Assembly (NCBI GenBank): GCA_024229515.1
Contig: JAAESI010000117.1
Location: 22,419 to 86,418 of the forward strand
Direction: 5' to 3'
Source: Pseudomonadota bacterium
GTDB taxonomy: Bacteria > Myxococcota_A > UBA796 > UBA9615
DNA: 64,000 nt
Shown: positions 56,847 to 64,000 of the stretch, piece after piece
How the letters are laid out: each line of letters starts with the position of its first letter
Position numbering within the stretch: the stretch's first letter is position 1
Made by a program: the position numbers and the translations under genes
The notes under the pieces: model-generated
Told to the model about the DNA's origin: nothing
What the model saw: only the letters and a program-made list of their open reading frames with translations
Database searches by the model: none

Positions 56847-58400
56847 TCAGCTCCCCCGCTCGGCGGAGCCGTCCTTGAACCCGAAGCCGGTGTTCCCCTT
56901 CACGTCGCCGGTGAACTCGAGCATCTCGATCGCCTGCTCGCGGTGGGCGGCGGGCACGACGAACCGGTCGTCGAACTTGGCCAGCGAGGTCAGGTAGTAG
57001 ATGTCGTCTGCCAGCTCCGCCGTCAGGCCGACGTCGGCCAGGGTCTTGTCGGCCTTGGCGTCGGTGATGTCGCCGACGGTAACGCGGCGGCGGTGGATGC
57101 GCACGGCCATCAGCTTCTTGAGCCGATCGATGACCATGGCCTCGTCGCCGTTGCTGAAGAGGCTCGCGAGGTACTTCATCGGCATCCGGGCCTGCTCGAT
57201 GGTGCCCCAGAGCTCTTCGGTGCTCGTGTCGTACAGCCAGTTGTCCGGCCAGTACTTCGCGATGTCGTGCATCTTCTCGGACTGCGCCGTGTTGTCGACG
57301 TCCTTGACCGAGGCCATCACCGGCAGCATCGGCGGCACGTAGAAGAGCATCGGGAGCGTGCGGAACTCCGGGTGCAGCGGCAGCGCCAGACCCCACGTCT
57401 TGATGAACTTGTACGTCGGCGAGTACTGCGCGGCGTGGATCGTCGAGTCCGCGATGCCGTTGGCCTTGGCCGAGGCGATCACCTTCTCGTCGAAGGGGTC
57501 CTGGATGATGTCCATGTGGTTGTTGACGAGGCTCGCGTCGTCGGACGAGGCGACCTGGTGGATCTTGTCCGCGTCGTACAGGAGCACCCCGAGGTAGCGG
57601 ATGCGGCCCACGCAGGAGTGCATGCACGCCGGCGCGTAGCCCGCCTCGATGCGGGGGTAGCAGAGGATGCACTTCTCGGACTTGCCGGTGTGCCAGTTGT
57701 AGTACGACTTCTTGTACGGGCAGGCCGTCACGCACATGCGCCAGGCGCGGCAGACGGACTGGTTGATCAGGACCACGCCGTCCTCACCGCGCTTGTACAG
57801 CGCCCCCGAGGGGCACGACGCGACGCAGGCGGGGTTGAGGCAGTGGTTGCAGATCCGCGGCAGGTAGAAGAAGCACATCCGCTCGAGCTGGAACATCGCC
57901 TCCTGCTCGGCCTCGGACAGGTCCTTCATGTTGGGATCTTTGCGCGCGTAGTCGGGCGTGCCCGACCAGTCGTCGTCCCAGTTGGGCCCCATCCGGATGT
58001 CCATCGGCTTGCCGGTGATCATCGAGATCGGACGCGCCGTCGGCTGATCGTCGCCGGCCGGCGACTCGATCAGGTCCAGGTAGCGGTAGGTGAACGGCTC
58101 GTAGTAGTCGCCGATCTCCGGCATGTGGGGGTTGTGGAAGATGTTCCGCAGCCCCTTCTTCTTGCCGGCTCCCTTGAGGTCGATCCCGTTGGCGTCCTTC
58201 TCCCAGCCGCCTTTGTAGATCTCCTGGTCTTCCCACTTGGTGGGGTAGCCCGTGCCAGGCTTGGTCTCCACGTTGTTCCACCACATGTATTCGGCGCCCT
58301 TGCGGTCCGTCCAAATGTTCTTGCATGCGATGGAGCAGGTGTGGCAGCCGATGCACTTGTCGAGGTGGAACACCATCGAGACTTGTGAGCGAATGTCCAT
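56847..58400 (-). CDS. narH: Respiratory nitrate reductase beta subunit (Fe-S)
   Basis: 517 aa; four Cys clusters (CIGCHTCSIAC, CNHCLNPACVASCP, CRAWRMCVTACPYKK, CILCYPRIEAGYAPACMHSC). Confidence 0.95.
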   Translation of the reverse strand: MDIRSQVSMVFHLDKCIGCHTCSIACKNIWTDRKGAEYMWWNNVETKPGTGYPTKWEDQEIYKGGWEKDANGIDLKGAGKKKGLRNIFHNPHMPEIGDYYEPFTYRYLDLIESPAGDDQPTARPISMITGKPMDIRMGPNWDDDWSGTPDYARKDPNMKDLSEAEQEAMFQLERMCFFYLPRICNHCLNPACVASCPSGALYKRGEDGVVLINQSVCRAWRMCVTACPYKKSYYNWHTGKSEKCILCYPRIEAGYAPACMHSCVGRIRYLGVLLYDADKIHQVASSDDASLVNNHMDIIQDPFDEKVIASAKANGIADSTIHAAQYSPTYKFIKTWGLALPLHPEFRTLPMLFYVPPMLPVMASVKDVDNTAQSEKMHDIAKYWPDNWLYDTSTEELWGTIEQARMPMKYLASLFSNGDEAMVIDRLKKLMAVRIHRRRVTVGDITDAKADKTLADVGLTAELADDIYYLTSLAKFDDRFVVPAAHREQAIEMLEFTGDVKGNTGFGFKDGSAERGS

Positions 58401-58441
58401 TTAGGCCTCCAGGGGTCGGTTCGGGGTGGAGGGGGAGGTCA

Positions 58442-61400
58442 TCAGAAGACCACCTTGTCCATGCGCTTGATGATCACGTGAGTGTCGCGCTGCGGAGCGA
58501 TGGGACCCCAGTAGTTGAAGTGGTAGGCGAACTGGCCGTAGCCGCCTGCCAGGTAGTTCGGCTTCAGGTGGATCCGCGTGAAGCTGTTGTGCCCGCCGGC
58601 CCGCTTGTTGCCGCGAACCTGGGACTTCGGGATGCCGACCGTGCGCTCGGGCACGTGGTAGACGATGCAGACCCCCTTGGGGATCCGCGCGCTCACCGTG
58701 CACCGGGTGCAGTAGACGCCGTGGTCGTTGTAGACCTCGACCCAGTCGTTGTCCTGGATGCCCATGGCCGCCGCGTCCGGCTCGCTGAGCCAGCAGGGCT
58801 CGCAGCCGCGGGACAGCGTCAACATCCGGTGGTTCTCCATGTAGGTGGAGTGGATGTGCCACTTTCCGTGCGGGGTCAGGCAGTTGAGGATCAGCGCCTC
58901 GCCGCCCTGCAGCGTCGTCTTGAGGTCACCGTAGGCCTCGGGCTTCGGAGACGGCTTGTAGGTCGGCAGGTTCTCGCCGTACGCGATGTACATCTCGTGG
59001 TCGAGGTAGAAGTGCTGCCGGCCCGTGAGGGTCCGCCACGGCACGCGCATGTCGACGTTGTAGGTGTAGGCGCAGTAGGCGCGGCCGTCGTTCATCAGCC
59101 CCGACCACAAGGGCGAGGTGTTGTAGCGGCGCGGCTGGGCCTGCAGGTCGGCGTACCGAATGCGGACGTCCTCGCTCCCCTTGCCCAGGTGCACGAGGTC
59201 GACGCCGGTCTTGGCTGCGGCGTTCTCGTAGGCCCGGACGTTGAGCTTGCCGTTGGTCAGGGTCGACAAGTGCAGCACCGCGTTGGCGGCGTACTCGTCT
59301 TCCTGGATCGACGGGAGCGTCTTGCCGTTGAACTTCCGCACCGGGAAGTGGTTCGACTCGATCATCTCCTCGTAGGCGTCGCCGGCATCGAAGTGGTTGC
59401 CGTGGGCGCCCAGGCCGGCGTCGATGATGCGGTCGCCGAGGGTGACGTACTTCTCGTACAGCTGGGTGTAGTCGCGGTCGACGATCGCCAGCTTGTGCAT
59501 CGTCTTGCCGGGGATCGGCTCGCACTCGCCCAGGTACCAGTCCTGCACGTTCCGCATCGCGATCTCGCCCGGCGAGTCGTGCGCGATGGGAGCGGAGATG
59601 ATGTCCTTCTTGGGACCGGAGAAGTACTGCAGCGCGGCCCCGGACGTGGCCTTCGCCAGCGTCCTGAAGATGTCCCAGTCCGTCTTCGACTCCCACACCG
59701 GCGGGATGGCCGCCGACAGGGGGTGGATGAAGGAGTGGAGGTCCGTGCTGTTGAGGTCCGCCTTCTCGTACCAGGAAGCCGCCGGCAGGACGATGTCGGA
59801 GTAGAGCGCCGAGCTGTCCATGCGGAAGTTCAGGTTGACGATCAGGTCCATCTTCCCGCGGGGGGCGACGTCATGCCACTTGACGTCTTCGGGGCGCTGG
59901 TCGGAGTCCTCGCCGATCGCGTTGCTGTGGGTGCCCAGGTAGTGCTTGAGGCAGTACTCGTGCCCCTTCATGGAGCCCATGATCGCGTTGCCGCGCCAGA
60001 TGTACCAAACGCGCGGGAAGCTGGCCTCGGCGTCGGGATCGCTGACGCAGTAGTTCAGCTGCTTCGACTTGAGCTTGTTCAGCACGTACTGCTGGATGGC
60101 CCCGTCGTCGCTGGCGCCCTGGCTCTGGGCCTCCTCACAGAGGTCGAGCGTGTTCTGGTCGAACTGCGGGAAGAAGGGCATCCAACCGAGCCGCACGGCC
60201 TTGAAGATCGTGTCGGCGGTATGCTTCCGGGTCCAGTCGTTGTCCGGCACGGTGTTGTACCGGCTGAACTGACCGTCGTAGCGGTACTGGCAGGTGTTGA
60301 TGTAGTGCCAGATGGGCGCCTGCTGGAGCCGCACCGCAGCGTGGTGATCCTTGCCGAAGGCGATCGTGCCCCAGGAGTCCACCGGAGCCAGCTTCTCCTG
60401 GCCGACGTAGTGGTTCAGGCCGCCGCCGTTCTTGCCCACGCAGCCCGAGAGCATGAGGGCCATCGCCCCGGCGCGGTACATCAGGTTGGCGTGGTACCAG
60501 TGGTTGATACCGGCACCGATGATGATCATGCACTTGCCTTCGGTCGTGTTGGCCGTGGCGGCCCACTCCCGAGCAAACTGCAGCACCGTCTTGGAGTCGA
60601 CGCCCGTGAAGATCTCCTGCCACGCCGGCGTGTACGCGGCGTCCTTGTCGGTGTAGTCGGTCGGGTACGCGCCCTGAAGGCCGCGGTTGATGCCGTACTG
60701 ACCCATGATCAGGTCGTAGACCGTCGCCACCGCCACGGGGCCGTGGTTGGTGTCCACCTGCATGACGGGCACGCCGCGGTAGACCGTGGTGTCCAGCCCG
60801 AACTCGGTGAAGGCGCACTGCGCGACCTCGGTGCTGCGGTCCAGCAGCGTGAGGACCGGGTCGTACGGCTGATCGTCGACGATGTTCTCGTGGAGCGTGT
60901 TCCAGTTGCCGGGCTTGTCGTCCCAGCGCGCTCCCGAGGAGCCCTTCGGCACGACCAGGCGGCCGCTCTCCTGGTCGAGGTTCACGAACTTCCAGTCGCC
61001 GTTCGTGATGCCCTCGAACTGGGCGAGGTCGCCAGCGCGGAGCAGGCGGCCGGGCTTGTAGCGGTCGCCGTCCTTCTCGAGCTCGACGAGGAAGGGGCTG
61101 TCCGTGTGCTTCTTGACGTAGTCGAGGAAGTACGGGGTCTTGGCCTTGTGGTGGAACTCCGTGAGGATGACGTGCGTGACCGCCATCCAGAAGGCGCCGT
61201 CGCTGCCGGCGTGGATCGGGACCCACTGGTCAGCGTACTTGCAGACCTGGCTGAAGTCGGGCGCGAACACGACCGCCTTGGTGCCGTTGTGGCGCGACTC
61301 CGCGAAGAAGTGGCAGTCCGGGGTGCGCGTCATGTTCAGACACGCGCCCATGTCCGCGATCATCTTGGAGTTGTACCAATCGGCGCTCTCGCAGACGTCG

Positions 61401-62059
61401 GTCTGCTCGCCCCAGATCTCGGGGAACGCCGTGGGCAGGTCGCAGTACCAGTCGTAGAAGCTGAGGTTCACTCCGCCGAAGAGCTGGAGGAACCGGCCGC
61501 CGGCGGCGTAGCTCAGCATCGACATGGCCGGGATCGGGGAGAAGCCGATGACCCGGTCCGGACCGTAGTCCCGCGCCGTGCGGATGTTCGCCACGGCCAT
61601 CAGCTCCAGGACCTCGTCCCAGTGGGCGCGCCGAAAGCCGCCCTTGCCGCGGGCCGTCTGGTAGGTCTGCCGCGCCCGCGAGTCGGACTGCAGCGCCTCC
61701 CAGGCCTTCATCGGGTCGCCGCCGTTGGACGCCTTCTTCGAGCGCCAGGCATCCAGCAGCGCGCTGCGGATCAGCGGGTACTTGATGCGCAGCGGGCTGT
61801 AGAGGTACCAGGAGTAGGAGATGCCGCGCTGGCAGCCCCGGGGCTCGTACGGAGGCAGTGAGTCCTCGAGCAGCGGGTAGTCCAGCTGCTGGGTCTCCCA
61901 CACGACGATGCCGTCCTTGACGTGGACCTGCCACGAGCAGCCGCCGGTGCAGTTCACACCGTGGGTGCTGCGGACGATCCGGTCGTGCTGGAAGCGGTTC
62001 CGATAGAACTCCTCCCACTTGCGGGTCTGCGGGGAGATGATGTCTTTGATCCAACCCAT
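58442..62059 (-). CDS. narG: Respiratory nitrate reductase alpha subunit (Mo-bisMGD catalytic subunit)
   Basis: 1205 aa; N-terminal FS0 motif [11 protein letters not shown]; conserved throughout. Confidence 0.95.
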   Translation of the reverse strand: MGWIKDIISPQTRKWEEFYRNRFQHDRIVRSTHGVNCTGGCSWQVHVKDGIVVWETQQLDYPLLEDSLPPYEPRGCQRGISYSWYLYSPLRIKYPLIRSALLDAWRSKKASNGGDPMKAWEALQSDSRARQTYQTARGKGGFRRAHWDEVLELMAVANIRTARDYGPDRVIGFSPIPAMSMLSYAAGGRFLQLFGGVNLSFYDWYCDLPTAFPEIWGEQTDVCESADWYNSKMIADMGACLNMTRTPDCHFFAESRHNGTKAVVFAPDFSQVCKYADQWVPIHAGSDGAFWMAVTHVILTEFHHKAKTPYFLDYVKKHTDSPFLVELEKDGDRYKPGRLLRAGDLAQFEGITNGDWKFVNLDQESGRLVVPKGSSGARWDDKPGNWNTLHENIVDDQPYDPVLTLLDRSTEVAQCAFTEFGLDTTVYRGVPVMQVDTNHGPVAVATVYDLIMGQYGINRGLQGAYPTDYTDKDAAYTPAWQEIFTGVDSKTVLQFAREWAATANTTEGKCMIIIGAGINHWYHANLMYRAGAMALMLSGCVGKNGGGLNHYVGQEKLAPVDSWGTIAFGKDHHAAVRLQQAPIWHYINTCQYRYDGQFSRYNTVPDNDWTRKHTADTIFKAVRLGWMPFFPQFDQNTLDLCEEAQSQGASDDGAIQQYVLNKLKSKQLNYCVSDPDAEASFPRVWYIWRGNAIMGSMKGHEYCLKHYLGTHSNAIGEDSDQRPEDVKWHDVAPRGKMDLIVNLNFRMDSSALYSDIVLPAASWYEKADLNSTDLHSFIHPLSAAIPPVWESKTDWDIFRTLAKATSGAALQYFSGPKKDIISAPIAHDSPGEIAMRNVQDWYLGECEPIPGKTMHKLAIVDRDYTQLYEKYVTLGDRIIDAGLGAHGNHFDAGDAYEEMIESNHFPVRKFNGKTLPSIQEDEYAANAVLHLSTLTNGKLNVRAYENAAAKTGVDLVHLGKGSEDVRIRYADLQAQPRRYNTSPLWSGLMNDGRAYCAYTYNVDMRVPWRTLTGRQHFYLDHEMYIAYGENLPTYKPSPKPEAYGDLKTTLQGGEALILNCLTPHGKWHIHSTYMENHRMLTLSRGCEPCWLSEPDAAAMGIQDNDWVEVYNDHGVYCTRCTVSARIPKGVCIVYHVPERTVGIPKSQVRGNKRAGGHNSFTRIHLKPNYLAGGYGQFAYHFNYWGPIAPQRDTHVIIKRMDKVVF

Positions 62060-62089
62060 GGCTTATTCCGTTCCTTGGAGCTCTGTGCG

Positions 62090-62983
62090 CTAGATGGAGT
62101 CGACCTGGCGGTCGTAGATGGCCTGGTTGACCGATCCGCGCTTGCGGTTGCCCCAGATCAGCGAGTACAGGAGGAGGAGGAGGACGGTTCCGACCGCGCC
62201 GCTGGCCGCGAGCTTGAGGCCCGTGTCCCGCGGGAGGTGGTTGCTCTGCTCGGAGCTGACCTGCTCGAGGAAGCTGACCAGGGCGACCACCTCGGCCTCC
62301 TCGAGGGAGCGGTCCTCGTAGGCGGCCTGCATGACCGGGAAGGGCGGGCTCCCCAGGATCGCGCGGACGCCGTTGCCGCCGAGGCGACCGAACACCGTCG
62401 TCAGCTCGCGGGCGAGGATGCCGCCGCCGATGATCGCGTCGTTGGTGACGTCGTGGCAGGAGATGCACGACGGTCCGCCGTGGGCGAGCCGCGTCTCGCC
62501 GGTGAACAGATCCTGTCCAAGCTGGATCTGCTCGGGGGTCGCGGGCGGCTCGACGGGAGCCGGCGTGGGCTCCGGGGCCGCCTCTCCGCCGCCCCCGTCC
62601 GCCGCGGGGGGAGCCCCCGAGGCCTGGACGTAGCCCAGGATCGCGTCGACCTGGACCGCCGTCAGCGGCTGATCCGGCATCGGGATGTTGTTGTACTCGG
62701 CGAACAGCTCGACCGCCGTGGGGTCACCGTCCTTCACCATCTTCTGCGAAGCCGGAATGAACTGGTGCAGCCACTCCTTGGTCCGCCGCTCCGTGACCCC
62801 CTGGAGGTCCGGTCCGACGAGGCGGCCGCCGCCAATGCTGTGGCACGCGGCGCAGGTTGTCTTGAAGAGCTTCTCTCCGTCCTGGGCTGCGGCTGCCCGG
62901 GGCAGCAGCAGTCCGCCGATCGCGATCGCGAGGGCGACGGCTCCGACGGGGAGGGTCAAGAGGGTGGCGGTATTTCGACGCAT
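62090..62983 (-). CDS. Membrane-anchored diheme cytochrome c, NarC-like
   Basis: ATG 62983 (MRRNTATLLTLPVGAVALAIAIGG signal/anchor); two CxxCH motifs (CAACH, CISCH); C-terminal hydrophobic anchor; immediately upstream of narG. Confidence 0.7.
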   Translation of the reverse strand: MRRNTATLLTLPVGAVALAIAIGGLLLPRAAAAQDGEKLFKTTCAACHSIGGGRLVGPDLQGVTERRTKEWLHQFIPASQKMVKDGDPTAVELFAEYNNIPMPDQPLTAVQVDAILGYVQASGAPPAADGGGGEAAPEPTPAPVEPPATPEQIQLGQDLFTGETRLAHGGPSCISCHDVTNDAIIGGGILARELTTVFGRLGGNGVRAILGSPPFPVMQAAYEDRSLEEAEVVALVSFLEQVSSEQSNHLPRDTGLKLAASGAVGTVLLLLLYSLIWGNRKRGSVNQAIYDRQVDSI

Positions 62984-63174
62984 GGCCTGCCTTCTCCCGG
63001 CCGCGCACAAGGTCGTACGCGGTTGTCGCGGGAGGTATAGGGGAGGCCGCTTACAGCCCACTTACGGGACCCGACTTTGTTCGGCAGCGGCTCGTCTTTC
63101 GCACGAGGAGGCCGCTATGGTTCGTCGACTGGAGGTGTCGTCTGTCCGCCGAGCTGCCCCTGCATGCCGCGCTC

Positions 63175-63615
63175 GTGCACGTCCCCCTGGGGGGGGCGCT
63201 GCTGATGCCGCTGGTGGCGGCGATCCTTCTGGCCACCCCGCGAGAGGACCGACGGACCTGGGCGGCCGCCTGCCTGCTCCAGGGGGCGATCCTGCTCGGA
63301 GGCCTGATCGCGGCGGCCGCCGGCGAGGACGATGGCCTGGCGATCCAGTTCCTCGTCGACGCCGAGGTGATCGCCGCGCACGAGACGGCCGCCCACTGGT
63401 TCCTGGCCGCCGCCGCCGCGACCCTCGTCGCGTTCGGTGTCGGCTTCGCGGGGCGCGAAATGGTCCGTCGGCGACGGGCGGCGGCGGCGGCCCTGCTGCT
63501 GGGCCTGCTCACGGCGGGGCTGGGGGCACGGGCCGGGCACCTGGGCGGTCAGCTCGTCTTCGAGCATGGCGCCGTCGAAGCCCACCAGCAGGGGAGCCCC
63601 CCCCCGGGCGGCTGA
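63175..63615 (+). CDS. Hypothetical small membrane protein
   Basis: GTG-start ORF with four hydrophobic segments; conserved-looking sequence continues upstream of the GTG with no canonical start, so the 5' end is uncertain. Confidence 0.35.
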   Translation: MHVPLGGALLMPLVAAILLATPREDRRTWAAACLLQGAILLGGLIAAAAGEDDGLAIQFLVDAEVIAAHETAAHWFLAAAAATLVAFGVGFAGREMVRRRRAAAAALLLGLLTAGLGARAGHLGGQLVFEHGAVEAHQQGSPPPGG

Positions 63616-63693
63616 TCGGGGTTGTCGTCCTCCCCCCGGTGTGCGATTAGTGCGCGCCTGCAGCCCACCTGAGGGCTCGAATCGAGGTCCCTG

Positions 63694-64000
63694 ATGACGA
63701 ACACTGCCAAGAGGTACGAGCTGGTCGAGGCCGCGTGCGCGTTCTGGTTCGGCGCCGACAAACGCATGCGGAGCCCGTTCCCGGAGGCCATCCGGCCCGA
63801 GCTCAAGGAGAACGCGCAGCGCGAGTACGTGCTGTGGCTGCGCAACCTGACCGAGACGGACAAGTCGGAGGTCGAGGACGAGGAGCTCGCCGGCGTCTTC
63901 GAGCAGCTGCTCTTCCGCGAAGCGCTCAAGCTCGTCGGCGAGGCCGACACCGACCTGCTGCTGACGATCCACTACCCCTTCATGCCGCGCCTCGGCGACC
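63694..64000 (+). CDS. Hypothetical protein, 3'-truncated by the window edge
   Basis: ATG 63694 preceded by GAGG; open frame to the window end with high GC3; not in the ORF track because no stop is reached. Confidence 0.45.
   Translation, partial: MTNTAKRYELVEAACAFWFGADKRMRSPFPEAIRPELKENAQREYVLWLRNLTETDKSEVEDEELAGVFEQLLFREALKLVGEADTDLLLTIHYPFMPRLGD

Noticed and set aside
58325-61861. 1178-aa ORF 58325..61861 (+) antisense to narG
   Set aside because: Antisense artefact; narG is unambiguous on the minus strand.
62685-63650. ORF 62685..63650 (+) spanning the narC-like gene and the downstream membrane protein
   Set aside because: Arg/Gly-rich junk frame crossing two independently supported genes.

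Overview
High-GC (about 70% by eye) bacterial chromosomal segment, probably from a Myxococcota-type genome. That placement is an inference from an MJ0042-like zinc-ribbon N-terminus on the class A PBP, MopE-like Cys/Asp-rich repeat proteins ending in a Cys...hydrophobic...RRRR tail, and many lipoproteins. Content is mostly housekeeping (uvrA, class A PBP, maeB, hisS, thiolase, ddl, tatBC, exbBD, ftsB, cls, biotin carboxylase and acyl-CoA mutase) plus signalling genes. The 3' end carries a complete Thermus-style respiratory nitrate reductase operon on the minus strand (narC-like cytochrome c, narGHJI, two narK). No rRNA, tRNA, CRISPR array, transposase or integrase was recognised. Most notable: (1) a NarK transporter fused to a bacteriohemerythrin domain; (2) a B12-binding/radical-SAM-like protein flanked by two secreted MopE-like repeat proteins, with a GAF-SARP regulator beside the nar operon; (3) a hybrid sensor kinase gene with two in-frame stops and a frameshift; (4) an anomalous 1.1 kb exbD-ftsB spacer with direct repeats and a coding-frame switch at a G8 tract. 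Everything is from reading the sequence and the ORF track; no searches were run, and all family assignments are from remembered motifs.
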